This document shows, piece after piece, positions 37,014 to 46,988 of a stretch of DNA of 64,000 nt; within the stretch, counting starts at the first letter, position 1; every line of letters begins with the position of its first letter. Both the position numbers and the translations under genes were made by a program. The stretch lies in IMG/VR virus record IMGVR_UViG_3300013120_000738, positions 163,726 through 227,725 of that record, one strand, 5' to 3'. The notes below the pieces were generated by a model that was not told where the DNA came from, made no database searches, and saw only the letters and a program-made list of their open reading frames with translations.

Positions 37014-37064
37014 GAGATACTCTCTTTCATGTACGCGATTTCCAGTCTGGAAATCTGTTACAGA

Positions 37065-37388
37065 TTATGATTCATCCGTTAATTTCTTGTAGAGGATTTC
37101 TAACGTTAGGACTGAATCTTTTATTATTCTTTCTATTATCTCAATACTTTGGGGGCTGTTTAGATCTATTTCTTTGTGTAGGTCAGTCTGAAAAGTACCA
37201 CAAATAGAATATACATGGAGTTTTGTATCAGCAAAGTGAATATGTACTATATCTCTATCTTCTCCATAGACAACGAAAATAATAGGGCTTGTCGCTACAC
37301 CACGAAAACCAGTCAACTTGAAAGTAAGATTGGGGAATTTAGATCGAAGATGTTTGGCTAGGACCTCAGGGACAGTTAACATCACCAC
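37065..37388 (-). CDS. DLxDP-family protein
   Basis: IDLNSPQSIEII. Confidence 0.65.
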   Translation of the reverse strand: MVMLTVPEVLAKHLRSKFPNLTFKLTGFRGVATSPIIFVVYGEDRDIVHIHFADTKLHVYSICGTFQTDLHKEIDLNSPQSIEIIERIIKDSVLTLEILYKKLTDES

Positions 37389-37687
37389 CCAATCTTTATT
37401 GGCTTCTCTAGAACTTTTGCATCAAATCCGATATTCACAGCAATAGCTTTAGCCGGATCTTGCCAACAGAATCCCTCCAATTCTAACCCATTTTCAAATC
37501 TGACTGACACAATATATTCAGATAGACTCAAAGGACCTTTGAGGACTGTTACTTCAACGCATTCAACACCAGGCACCTCTGCACCTTCTGTCGTAACTAC
37601 AATAGAATTAGGACCTTTTATTCTTTCTCCATCGACTACAGTTGAATAGCCTGGGTGATTATGTGATTGTAAAAGCTTAAAAATCAC
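37382..37687 (-). CDS. Hypothetical protein
   Basis: Coupled ORF. Confidence 0.55.
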   Translation of the reverse strand: MIFKLLQSHNHPGYSTVVDGERIKGPNSIVVTTEGAEVPGVECVEVTVLKGPLSLSEYIVSVRFENGLELEGFCWQDPAKAIAVNIGFDAKVLEKPIKIGW

Positions 37688-38535
37688 GTCAGATGTTCCA
37701 CAAAATCCTTGACAGCGAATTCGATCAATTCTCGATCCATAAGTGTCATGCTTCTGTAATCGACTTTGCCAGCACCAGGAGTATAATTGTTAGTAACAAC
37801 GAACGATTTGCAAGTTGATGCTGGTCTTCTCAACGGATAATAGTGCTCAAAATCAGGGCTTACAACAATGTGAATAACATTACGCCGCGTATCTCTACCA
37901 ACAACATAAAACCAGCAATCCTCAGACGGAGAACTAATATCATGAGAGACCGATAAATTATCGGTAATCGTGACTATACCAGTACACGAACAAGAAACCA
38001 ATAAATGACATCGACTAAATAATTTGTCAGTCCTCGAACTATGTGAGTTCTTCTTAATAACCTCCTTCTTGAAGGTTAGTGGCACTAAGTCTTTCTTGCC
38101 CTTCAATTTCTTACTCGCAGACTCTCCACGTAGCTGATCAGTCCACTTAAAGAAATCATCTAAGCCTCCTTGGCTCCACTTGACACCAACTGGTAGGCTA
38201 CTGGTACGAGTGTTTTGCCATTGTGCTACTGCGTCTTCTGGCTTACAATCCTTCTTCTTTGTGATAGTGAAGTCGGAGAAGATTCTATAATTCCCGATCT
38301 CATTCTGTAGCTTAATCTGGCCAGTGACTGTAACAACACCGGCAGGAGAAGTCCTGGATTGGTGTAGAGTCATTCTAACATGCCGTTTCGAATTACTCAT
38401 AGTCCAATCAGGTTTTTGATTACGCCAATTGCCATCCCAAAGCAAGCAATTCTTTGTCTCGCGTACTTTATAACCCTGGCCTTCAAGGCCTTTTAAGACC
38501 AATTTTGTCAGGACTCGTTGAGGCAATCCGGGCAT
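37684..38535 (-). CDS. Hypothetical protein, paralog of 40376-41290
   Basis: EDCWF...YYP...MDRELIEFAVKDF. Confidence 0.7.
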   Translation of the reverse strand: MPGLPQRVLTKLVLKGLEGQGYKVRETKNCLLWDGNWRNQKPDWTMSNSKRHVRMTLHQSRTSPAGVVTVTGQIKLQNEIGNYRIFSDFTITKKKDCKPEDAVAQWQNTRTSSLPVGVKWSQGGLDDFFKWTDQLRGESASKKLKGKKDLVPLTFKKEVIKKNSHSSRTDKLFSRCHLLVSCSCTGIVTITDNLSVSHDISSPSEDCWFYVVGRDTRRNVIHIVVSPDFEHYYPLRRPASTCKSFVVTNNYTPGAGKVDYRSMTLMDRELIEFAVKDFVEHLT

Positions 38536-38954
38536 CTGATTATTCCTTCTCCATCTATTACAGATGGTGGTTCAGAGTTAAAATAATTATCAACTATAGC
38601 AAAAAGCTCATCGATAAATTGAGGATTCTCATAACCCAAGTGAGCTACTGAATCTTGTGGATCTTGGCCTTCTGGCACTGTAGTCATTGGCCAAGACCAG
38701 ATATCAATATAAGCTGCACCAGGGCAGATTGTGAGAGGAGGATGTACGCAACGCGGGTCTGGTGCACCATAGATCAGAGTAATATTTATACAGAAGCGGG
38801 GAGGATTCTCACCGGCACTGAGGTCATGGTTCACGATCGTGCTGGCGATCGCGTCCCCATAGCGCTCTCGCAGTAACCGATCTATCTCTTTACCAATCGC
38901 TAGGATCTCGTCCGGGACTTTGCTCTCTGGGATCCTCGGTACTTGTTCTGCCAT
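38508..38954 (-). CDS. DLxDP-family protein
   Basis: LGYENPQFIDEL. Confidence 0.6.
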   Translation of the reverse strand: MAEQVPRIPESKVPDEILAIGKEIDRLLRERYGDAIASTIVNHDLSAGENPPRFCINITLIYGAPDPRCVHPPLTICPGAAYIDIWSWPMTTVPEGQDPQDSVAHLGYENPQFIDELFAIVDNYFNSEPPSVIDGEGIIRCPDCLNES

Positions 38955-39325
38955 TTAGTAATTCCCAGGTGTGCCCCTTTTTCTTCCACGTGTGTTTGGA
39001 TCGTTCTTTTGTATGGACTTGTATTGTTGACGATCCTTTCTTCGCTATTTTGTGGATTCTATTGGCGGTGTAAGCAGCCTTAATAGTTTCCGGCAATTGG
39101 TCATAATTTAGAAGCACTTATTTCTCCTGTCTCTCGAGTTGTGATAAGTAATTACCCATTTATAGCTTTGATCAGCTTGGTCTTTCATATTTATCATTCT
39201 TGGCGACTAACATCCAACTCGTCAGGAGATTCATCAACTTCTCAGGTTCCCCAAGTCCCCCATACTTAGCAAGCTGGTACCGCAACTCGCGGCAGACCTT
39301 GTTGGCCCTTTCATTCCGCCTTTCT

Positions 39326-39718
39326 TCACGAGTTTTGTGGCTCACGCATTTCTTCCAATCGTTTCTGGAATTCCTCTTCCTGTTCCCGTAGCATCAATTC
39401 GCCTTCCGACCTGGTTCGATCGTAATGGGCCTGGCTTGTGCCATAGACAATATTGCCATTACCGGCAAAACGGTCATCGATATTAAACCTCGTGGACGGA
39501 ATAAAGCCTTTGCCGTGGAATCCTCGGACGTGATGGATATAGAGGCTGTAATGCTCAGTCTGCATAATCGGCCCATCGGTCGCATGTTTTATGTGCATGC
39601 TGACCGTAGGAGATTCCCCATAATCCTCGGCATGAGTTTCGTTGCGCCACGCCCCTTCGTCCCCGAAAAAGCGTTGCCAGTCACTCTTACTCAGCTTCTT
39701 CTTCCAGTCAGTCGGCAT
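39326..39718 (-). CDS. Hypothetical protein
   Basis: ORF in operon. Confidence 0.6.
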   Translation of the reverse strand: MPTDWKKKLSKSDWQRFFGDEGAWRNETHAEDYGESPTVSMHIKHATDGPIMQTEHYSLYIHHVRGFHGKGFIPSTRFNIDDRFAGNGNIVYGTSQAHYDRTRSEGELMLREQEEEFQKRLEEMREPQNS

Positions 39719-40071
39719 GGTTTCACTCGTTTCGGAAAGAGGATTTCAACGTACTTTGAAAAATGATTTGCGAGCTTCTCTTTGTCGCACCTGTAGCCTA
39801 GATGAAAGGCTAACAACGCCATAGAATACTGCATCCCAAGCGAAATTGTAGTATTCTTGCAGTACCGCATCAAGATCCGAAAAGCCCTATCGAACCTCAA
39901 CCAAAGGCGCAAGCCACCATCCGTAGGATGCTTCGTATCTAGAATAGTCAAGGCCTCGTGGACATCATCGGGGCATGGGTTGCTATTGAAATGCCCATCG
40001 AAGCACTTCTGGAGGTAGGGCAAGCATTCTTGTTCGAGTAATTCTTTGTGCTTGATCATGATAAACCTCAA
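39691..40071 (-). CDS. Hypothetical protein
   Basis: Coupled ORF. Confidence 0.55.
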   Translation of the reverse strand: MRFIMIKHKELLEQECLPYLQKCFDGHFNSNPCPDDVHEALTILDTKHPTDGGLRLWLRFDRAFRILMRYCKNTTISLGMQYSMALLAFHLGYRCDKEKLANHFSKYVEILFPKRVKPCRLTGRRS

Positions 40072-40379
40072 TCAGTAACGTAAGAAAAACCGTATTTGGT
40101 TGCCAGTGCCCCCAAACGCTCTTTAACAAGATCATTGGGAGTCGACGGAGAACGAACACCAACCCATGGTGGCTCCTGCCGTTCAAACCACTCTCCTCTT
40201 AACTCTTGTAGTTCTGAGAAATCTTCGATGAACTCTTCAATATTGAAATTCGGATCATCAAGCCTCTCCAAAAGAGTCTGACTATAAGACCCAATACAGA
40301 CAACTACCGATAAGTCCTCTCCAGACGTCTCGACCTCTACGAGAGTTGTTCCATCTCTAGTTCGCAAGTAATGAGTCAT
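40068..40379 (-). CDS. DLxDP-like protein
   Basis: ERLDDPNFNIEEFI. Confidence 0.6.
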   Translation of the reverse strand: MTHYLRTRDGTTLVEVETSGEDLSVVVCIGSYSQTLLERLDDPNFNIEEFIEDFSELQELRGEWFERQEPPWVGVRSPSTPNDLVKERLGALATKYGFSYVTD

Positions 40380-41290
40380 ACGCCGCTCAAAAAGTCCTCT
40401 ATTGCATGGCGAATCAATTTCTCATCTATCTGGGTGCAAGCCGAAAAATCTATGTAAGTACCTTCCGGCTGCAATGTCTTAGAAATTCTCCAATGTGGGC
40501 CAGCCTTTATAACTGGATAATACACTAGCTTATCACTTTTGATTTTTACTAGCATATGAGGAGAAGCCCCACTACCATTATAATTGGTAGAACAAGACAA
40601 ATGGAACCAGCATTCGGAATCTGGTACCTCAGCCCTGTCAGTGACACGAAGATTCGGCTCTATCCTAGCAAATCCCAGGACTTCGACCGTATGAAGAAAA
40701 TGCTTGATAGTGAAACGACGTCCATGAGATCGGCCGTGGCCAGAAGAAAATTCCTGGATAGTTGATTCTTCAAACGTCAACGGATCGTAAAGATCTTCCG
40801 TCTTGTCTTTCTTACGCCGCTCCTCTAGTGTGGCTCCAACGAATTTAGGAATATCCTGGATTGTCTCATCAAGTTGGCCAGCAATTCTATACCGCCTTAT
40901 TCCTTTCAAATCCTCTTCTGGAATATCAACTTTTTCATTACCTTTCAAGTCTGTCCATCTGATCCATCGTTCTCGAAACGGAGATTTTGCCTTTCTCCAT
41001 GTATTGAGTTCGCTCTTCACATGTACTTGAATATCAATAGAATGATACCATTCATCGACACCCGAGGGCCAACCTGTTTTATTCGCATGTGTCCCAAATG
41101 ATCTATATTCCTTCTTAGAAGAAGTCGTCATCACCGTGAACTTAACACCGCGTTCCGTATGGGTCGCGGTCCACTTTTCGTCCCCTTCCCGTTGCTTGTA
41201 AGGATTCTTGCGGATCACGAACCCTAGGTCCTCAAAGGCTTTCTTGAGCCTCAGGACGGCCTCTTTGTGGGTTATAGAAAGAACGGGCAT
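40376..41290 (-). CDS. Hypothetical protein, paralog of 37684-38535
   Basis: SECWF...YYP...IDEKLIRHAIEDF. Confidence 0.7.
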   Translation of the reverse strand: MPVLSITHKEAVLRLKKAFEDLGFVIRKNPYKQREGDEKWTATHTERGVKFTVMTTSSKKEYRSFGTHANKTGWPSGVDEWYHSIDIQVHVKSELNTWRKAKSPFRERWIRWTDLKGNEKVDIPEEDLKGIRRYRIAGQLDETIQDIPKFVGATLEERRKKDKTEDLYDPLTFEESTIQEFSSGHGRSHGRRFTIKHFLHTVEVLGFARIEPNLRVTDRAEVPDSECWFHLSCSTNYNGSGASPHMLVKIKSDKLVYYPVIKAGPHWRISKTLQPEGTYIDFSACTQIDEKLIRHAIEDFLSGV

Positions 41291-41423
41291 TTAAGTCTCC
41301 CATATCGCTTCGAAATCTTTAGCCACTGTATTCCATGTGTTGTGTCGGTCTTCATCGAAAGCCTTAGCCCGTTTTGCAAGCTCTTGCATAGACTTGATAG
41401 CGCGAACCGACACGCGTCAGGTG

Positions 41424-41717
41424 TCAGTTTTCGTCGAGCGTCTTTTCCATTGATGCCCGAAACATCGCTGCTTCACGGAATGCCCTCGCTACGTCCACTT
41501 GGATTGCCCGCGAAATGATCCCTGTCTCCCACGCACGTCCGCACGCAATAAATTCTGATCGTTCGACATCGGACGTCAAATCGCTCCATAGACGGTCGGC
41601 ATAATGCGATGCACACCGAGCGGCCTCGCCGCTCCTGGTTGCGTCGTTGTTCGGTTCGTCGGTCTTGCTCATTCGTTGGTCCTTTCGTTTTCGCCCAATG
41701 TGTGTAGAGCTTGTCAT
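41424..41717 (-). CDS. Hypothetical protein
   Basis: ORF in operon. Confidence 0.5.
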   Translation of the reverse strand: MTSSTHIGRKRKDQRMSKTDEPNNDATRSGEAARCASHYADRLWSDLTSDVERSEFIACGRAWETGIISRAIQVDVARAFREAAMFRASMEKTLDEN

Positions 41718-41774
41718 CCCCCGGCGTCGGTCACAGGTTCAATGCCTCTGCCGCGATCCGTTTGGTAGCAGACA

Positions 41775-42566
41775 TCACAGCCAACCCACCGCCAATGGCT
41801 TCCTGGTGAGTGATGATGGCTTGCAGGGCTTCTCGCATGGTGTTGTTTTCTTCCCGTCAAAGAATAATGCCGGGTCAAATTTCGGATCTTCAAAAAAGGG
41901 GATTGGTATTACTTTGCATCGTGAGCCACTGGATTGTCCAAACGTTACAACAAATTCTCCGGATTTCAAGCCAAGAGTTATGCTGCTGTATACTTTCGGA
42001 GCACTTAGGACTATAACAGATCGATTTTCTGCTTTCTTGGCTTTAGCCACGAATTTGACATCAGCATAACCAGCCGCTTTGAGTTTTCTCTTAAGGTCAT
42101 CTAATATAATGTTCTGGAGAATACCTTCAAACTTTGTTTTTTCTACGATCTCACCATCACATGTCTTAAGAATTTCAGTAACTGTGTTGACAACCTGTGG
42201 CCACTTGCCACTAAACACCATTGGATTTTGGCTAACAACCCAAACATCATTCTCGTCGTCAGATGGTTTATTATTTCGCTTAAAACATATATGCGGTTGA
42301 TATTCTGCTTTTACTTCGCCGTCGTATTTAGTTACAGCCTTCCGAACCGATATCAGAATACTCCGAATTCTCCATTCTGAAGTTTCAGTTTGGGATCTAG
42401 GGCTAATCATATCAAATTCAATTTGTGCACCACGCTTCATATTCATAGCAGTCACTCTATATAGAGTATTCCTAAAGTGACCATAGCCAAACTGCTTCAA
42501 AAAAGCCTTGAGAACATCAAAATCCTGTTCTCTATACGATACTGGAATCGCTGCTTTAGTCATCAA
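41775..42566 (-). CDS. Hypothetical protein with C-terminal DLxDP-like module
   Basis: PFFEDPKFDPALF. Confidence 0.65.
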   Translation of the reverse strand: MMTKAAIPVSYREQDFDVLKAFLKQFGYGHFRNTLYRVTAMNMKRGAQIEFDMISPRSQTETSEWRIRSILISVRKAVTKYDGEVKAEYQPHICFKRNNKPSDDENDVWVVSQNPMVFSGKWPQVVNTVTEILKTCDGEIVEKTKFEGILQNIILDDLKRKLKAAGYADVKFVAKAKKAENRSVIVLSAPKVYSSITLGLKSGEFVVTFGQSSGSRCKVIPIPFFEDPKFDPALFFDGKKTTPCEKPCKPSSLTRKPLAVGWL

Positions 42567-42787
42567 ATCTCCAAACCGTGCACTAATGGATCGACAGCCT
42601 CATGAATCTGTCGAATCCTGTCATCGTAGTCAACAATCTCCTGATTCGGATTACTGAGATCACGTACCTCAATCAAGGCCTTGAGAAGATTTGTCGCACG
42701 AAACGACCGTATCTTCTTCATGGGAGGACCGTTATCCATTATGACGATCTCTTTATTTGTCAGATCCAACAGTACCGCGTGAGGCAT
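42563..42787 (-). CDS. Hypothetical protein
   Basis: ATGA-coupled. Confidence 0.55.
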   Translation of the reverse strand: MPHAVLLDLTNKEIVIMDNGPPMKKIRSFRATNLLKALIEVRDLSNPNQEIVDYDDRIRQIHEAVDPLVHGLEI

Positions 42788-43445
42788 CTTTGAGTTGTCC
42801 TAATTGTTTGAGAAATAATTCCTCCAACGGTACGATAGCACCGCCGTGGACAGTGTAATCGCTGGTCTTCAACACGCCCGTACCGTCATCGTAAACACTG
42901 AACCAAAGCCGTATTCCAGAAGTTTGGCCTAGAACACTACTAGGTGCCGGTCTTGGTGGACCGTCGACGTACACAGCATTGTTTCTGCACGTTATCTTAC
43001 AGATCTTCAACGCTTCTGGAGCGTGTTCCTTCAAAAGCTTCCTCACAGCCGCTTTAGCAGTACTTGCTGGAAGGTTACAAAGGCGCATCTTTTGAACGTC
43101 TTTTTTGTTGTCCGCATCTCCCATCAAAGCTACGATCGTATCAACAACGACCAAAACCCTGTCAATAGTTCTTTGGGGGTCTGTGTTGGGATCTTCCAGG
43201 GCTCCGTGGCGAAACTCTAGGTGTTCTCGCTCGGCACTGCTATTGAAATTACTGCTCATTCCACCAATTATCGATAACCTAATCCCATCTTCATCACAAA
43301 ATACCTCGGGATTGCCAAAGATGGCAAGACGAAGACCATTATTCTTTCGAGTGAAGGCGATCTGGCGGGCCTTCAAAGAGTCCTCGAGAGTGAGTCGGAG
43401 CATGTCGCTGATTGTTAGTTCTTTTGGCATTAGTCGCGAACCCAT
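42753..43445 (-). CDS. Hypothetical protein with DLxDP-like module
   Basis: ALEDPNTDPQRTI. Confidence 0.6.
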   Translation of the reverse strand: MGSRLMPKELTISDMLRLTLEDSLKARQIAFTRKNNGLRLAIFGNPEVFCDEDGIRLSIIGGMSSNFNSSAEREHLEFRHGALEDPNTDPQRTIDRVLVVVDTIVALMGDADNKKDVQKMRLCNLPASTAKAAVRKLLKEHAPEALKICKITCRNNAVYVDGPPRPAPSSVLGQTSGIRLWFSVYDDGTGVLKTSDYTVHGGAIVPLEELFLKQLGQLKDASRGTVGSDK

Positions 43446-43780
43446 TCAATTATTTGTTCTTCTTTATAACACTTAGCCGCTTCTCTAGTCACCCTGCGAA
43501 GCTCAGTACTGACCAGGCTTCTAGGGTGTGACAAATCAAGTTTATGTGTGACGCAACGGCCTCTGAATCGACGGCCTTGATTAGTTGTCGGTACGTTATA
43601 ACCTCTGCGCCATATATCACGAACGAAAAAGATCAACAAGCCGTTCTCAATAGTCATCCAAACATGCCGTGGCTTGTGGCGGATAGTAATAATATTAGCA
43701 CCCATAGAGTGATCACACCAATTCCTCGTAATGAGGTCGGCGATCCTACGGATGACGGCAGTTTCTTCCTCGTGATTCAT
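43430..43780 (-). CDS. DLxDP-family protein
   Basis: LDLSHPRSL. Confidence 0.6.
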   Translation of the reverse strand: MNHEEETAVIRRIADLITRNWCDHSMGANIITIRHKPRHVWMTIENGLLIFFVRDIWRRGYNVPTTNQGRRFRGRCVTHKLDLSHPRSLVSTELRRVTREAAKCYKEEQIIEWVRD

Positions 43781-44160
43781 ATCTGAATTCTGTCTTCGAT
43801 GAGCGTCAATGCGAGTGCAAGCCCCTTCACATCCTCGCCGATCTGATCCGGATCAAGGATCATGAAGTTCGACATCCCTGCCATAGCTTCAAAAGTCGTA
43901 TACCCGTCAGTGATGATGAGCTTGAGGCCACGATTGGCACCAAAGTCGTTCCGAACACATGCCAAATTCGTACCACCTTCAGGCCTGCTCAGAACAGCAC
44001 TATCGAAATCAGGAAGCATAGCATTACTCTTGATCTCGTGGCTGAATGTGACGACATAACTGTTGGGATGAGCAAACCTCTGCAGGTGCTTCATCAACTC
44101 GTTGATTCGTCCTATAGCCTGCGTCGGCAGGCTCCCGCTAACATCGATCGCAATTAACAT
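43777..44160 (-). CDS. Stand-alone VWA-like domain protein
   Basis: IAIDVSGS (MIDAS), GGTN, IITDG; promoter 44182. Confidence 0.8.
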   Translation of the reverse strand: MLIAIDVSGSLPTQAIGRINELMKHLQRFAHPNSYVVTFSHEIKSNAMLPDFDSAVLSRPEGGTNLACVRNDFGANRGLKLIITDGYTTFEAMAGMSNFMILDPDQIGEDVKGLALALTLIEDRIQI

Positions 44161-44411
44161 GGATTTGTCCTCCTATAACATTGTGACAGAAGGACTCGAC
44201 GAGTTAAATCCGGATACGACAATGGCGGACGATAAAAACCGCCCGCCATTGCCGCCGTTCAACAAGGATGGACCCACTTTATTTTTAATTATCACCGCCT
44301 CGCCACGATCACCACCATCAAGTTCTGGTACGTACACAATACATTCATATGACCTACCATTCCCTTCTTTATCTTCCTGTGGAATAGTTATTACTCCATC
44401 ATTGTCGAATT

Positions 44412-44723
44412 TTATCCATCTATCAGGTGGTGATTGGCCATCCACGAGATTATTCCTTCTATTGATTGGGGATCACGTAAATCAAAAGATGTCCCACTAA
44501 GTGGCTGCGTATGCTGGCAATCAGCCTCTGCTATCTCTTCCCAAAAGCAGACATTTGCCAAAATATTAGTGGATAATACCTCTCGTGGGTCTTTAGGAAT
44601 CCAAATCCTTAATACAGTAGCCCTACCATGACTTACCTCCATAGACAAGACAGTAGCAAAGTGCTCTTTCTTGACTAGAGGTAATAATTGATCGGCAACC
44701 GGCCTAAAGAAGTATTCAGTCAT
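44412..44723 (-). CDS. DLxDP-family protein
   Basis: FDLRDPQSIEGII. Confidence 0.65.
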   Translation of the reverse strand: MTEYFFRPVADQLLPLVKKEHFATVLSMEVSHGRATVLRIWIPKDPREVLSTNILANVCFWEEIAEADCQHTQPLSGTSFDLRDPQSIEGIISWMANHHLIDG

Positions 44724-45015
44724 TGAAGACCGTCAATCTAATTGGTTTATCCGGCACGTGGCTACCACCACTAGTAGAATCATAATGCCAAGCCTGAATG
44801 TCGCCCTCATCATCCTGTACAACATCAATCTGACCAAACCTTACAGAGTTGCCTGTATCAGGGTTGTAAATTATAAGTGTGTGCATTCCTGCTGGCGGAT
44901 TCAGACCTGGCCTTTTTGCTCCTTCTAGCTGCGAAGCTTCGATGGTCAAGGTCCGTCTTTCTTTGTCCCAATCGAACAATTCTAATTTGTAGCTAGCTGA
45001 TTTCGTCGCGCACAT
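44716..45015 (-). CDS. Hypothetical protein
   Basis: AGGAGG RBS. Confidence 0.6.
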   Translation of the reverse strand: MCATKSASYKLELFDWDKERRTLTIEASQLEGAKRPGLNPPAGMHTLIIYNPDTGNSVRFGQIDVVQDDEGDIQAWHYDSTSGGSHVPDKPIRLTVFND

Positions 45016-45565
45016 TATAGAGCCTCCTTAACAAGCGACCCACGCCTTTTTTATTCTTGGTACGTTGGCTATGTGGTACCCAACTAGTTATTTGTCTCAA
45101 CTCCTCAGGGGTGCAAAGCTTGATAGCATGTCTAATCTGGCCTAATTTAGCACCACCATTCGCTATTGGCCCGTCTACATTTGGGGGCAATGAGACAACC
45201 ATAGGCTCAATGACATAAAGCCAATAATTCTTCAACGGCAGAATACTGTAAGCAAGATCTGCTGGGTGTTGTCCGACCTTGTCGAGCAATTGTTCAATAC
45301 TAGTTGGATCGGCTAAATTCACATCGAATAATACTGGCGATAGACCATAATCCTTACACAAGACATAATGAGCGTGGCAATCAGTTACGAAAATATTGCA
45401 ACTCAATTGTCGCCGTTTGAATGCAATGCTATTGCCAGTAACTCTTACTCCACATCCGATATGCTTTTTTATCTCAGCGGCTATGACTTCGGCATATTCA
45501 TTCTCAGCCCCAGTAAATGGTTGATCTCCTTTTGGCACATTATAATTCTTATTCTTTTGTTTCAT
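44993..45565 (-). CDS. DLxDP-family protein with C-terminal extension
   Basis: VNLADPTSIEQLL. Confidence 0.65.
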   Translation of the reverse strand: MKQKNKNYNVPKGDQPFTGAENEYAEVIAAEIKKHIGCGVRVTGNSIAFKRRQLSCNIFVTDCHAHYVLCKDYGLSPVLFDVNLADPTSIEQLLDKVGQHPADLAYSILPLKNYWLYVIEPMVVSLPPNVDGPIANGGAKLGQIRHAIKLCTPEELRQITSWVPHSQRTKNKKGVGRLLRRLYNVRDEIS

Positions 45566-45764
45566 TAGCTTTGTCGCCCTTACTTCTGCTCGGCCGCTTC
45601 ACAACAGTCGCAGAAACTGGATCATCACCGCTAGCTAGCGAAATATCTTTGGTATTGATCCGAATTCCGTGGTATTTTTCGGTCCACGAAACAAGTGCTT
45701 CTTTGATCGCGTCCTCACCGATCGTAAACTGAATCTCTCGGGCTGGTGTTGATCTAGGCATCAC
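45549..45764 (-). CDS. Hypothetical protein
   Basis: ORF in operon. Confidence 0.55.
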   Translation of the reverse strand: MMPRSTPAREIQFTIGEDAIKEALVSWTEKYHGIRINTKDISLASGDDPVSATVVKRPSRSKGDKANETKE

Positions 45765-45957
45765 TATACCTCTCAGCTTGTTTTATCCCTAGTACCGTCA
45801 TGTGCAATTCAACATCCTCGTCACCGACTTGTGCTACACCGGAGCATTCCTCTATCGAGTCCTCCACTAACTCCATGATTTCGTCTGCACATTCGTCTTC
45901 ATCGACGTTTTCACCTAATGAACGCACATCGACGTTGACGAGGATTTCTAGCTTCAT
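45754..45957 (-). CDS. Acidic hypothetical protein
   Basis: Promoter 45975; GGAG RBS. Confidence 0.6.
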   Translation of the reverse strand: MKLEILVNVDVRSLGENVDEDECADEIMELVEDSIEECSGVAQVGDEDVELHMTVLGIKQAERYSDA

Positions 45958-45989
45958 CTCTTTCTCCAGACCGCTGTTACAAACAGCAA

Positions 45990-46988
45990 TTATTCGGTAA
46001 ATCCTTTTGGATTTTTTCTATGCCACTCCCAGGCCGATTCAATTATTGGTATAATTCCTGTGTATTTTGGCTGCCAACCTAATACAGAACAAGCAAATGA
46101 TGAATCAGCCACCAAAACTGGCGGGTCGCCATCTCGACGAACCTCAATAGTATGGGGAATTTCTCGACCAGCCACAAACTGACATGTTTCGATTATCTCT
46201 TTAACAGTAGTTCCTTGCCCAGTACCAAGATTCAAAGCCAACGACGTATTAGGCTGTAACTTTCTCAAAGCTGCGACATGGGCAGAGGCTAGATCATCAA
46301 CATGAATGTAATCCCTTATGCAAGTTCCGTCGCGGGTCTGATAATTGTCTCCATATATGAAAACACGAGGCCTTTGATCAAGAGCTACCTGTAAAACTAG
46401 AGGGATCAAATGCGTTTCGGGTTCATGATCTTCACCAAGTTCACCTGAAGCACCGGCAGCATTAAAATACCGTAGAATAATATAACTGAACCCATATGCT
46501 CTTGCGTAATGATCTATTGCCCGTTCCATAAAAAGCTTCGTATATCCATAAGGATTCACCGGCACTTGCTCTTCTTTTTCGGTGATAGGTATACTCTTCG
46601 GGATGCCGTAAGTTGCACAACTACTAGAAAAGATTATTTGGTTTACTCCAACCTCCCGCATCGCTCCTAGAAGGCTTAGAGTTCCTGCAACATTGTTCTC
46701 ATAGTATTTCTCTGGGTCCTTAACAGATTCCTCGACATATGCTAAAGCAGCGAAATGCATTACTGCATCGATCTTTTTATCCTTGAGTGTTGATACTAAG
46801 AGTCTAGTATTCCTCAGATCACCGACTACAAGTTGCCAACGCAACAACTTTGATGACCGATAGACCGCTTCACTATGACCTCTCACCAAATTGTCATACA
46901 CCCAGACGTTATAACCTCGCCGAACTAACTCACGAGCAGCGAATGAACCCACATAACCGGCTCCACCAGTGACCAAAATATTATCCAT
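45990..46988 (-). CDS. galE: UDP-glucose 4-epimerase
   Basis: TGGAGYVGS, HFAA, SSSCATYG, PYGYTK, LRYFNAAGA, EDHEPETHLIP. Confidence 0.93.
   Translation of the reverse strand: MDNILVTGGAGYVGSFAARELVRRGYNVWVYDNLVRGHSEAVYRSSKLLRWQLVVGDLRNTRLLVSTLKDKKIDAVMHFAALAYVEESVKDPEKYYENNVAGTLSLLGAMREVGVNQIIFSSSCATYGIPKSIPITEKEEQVPVNPYGYTKLFMERAIDHYARAYGFSYIILRYFNAAGASGELGEDHEPETHLIPLVLQVALDQRPRVFIYGDNYQTRDGTCIRDYIHVDDLASAHVAALRKLQPNTSLALNLGTGQGTTVKEIIETCQFVAGREIPHTIEVRRDGDPPVLVADSSFACSVLGWQPKYTGIIPIIESAWEWHRKNPKGFTE

Larger units (their letters stand above)
358..37053. promoter_or_regulatory. Repeated palindromic operator-like site TTTCC-N5-GGAAA (16 copies)
   Basis: Starts at 358, 538, 766, 2487, 2932, 3286, 3712, 4142, 6301 (1 mismatch), 6367, 12271, 23659, 24209, 28334, 28441, 37039; often preceded by GCGA; about 0.06 expected by chance. 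Confidence 0.85.

Noticed and set aside
1066-44188. TGTGA boxes as CRP sites
   Set aside because: The second half-site TCACA at N6 is absent; a fixed GT[TGA]AA[AT] element lies 14-15 bp away and orientation follows the genes
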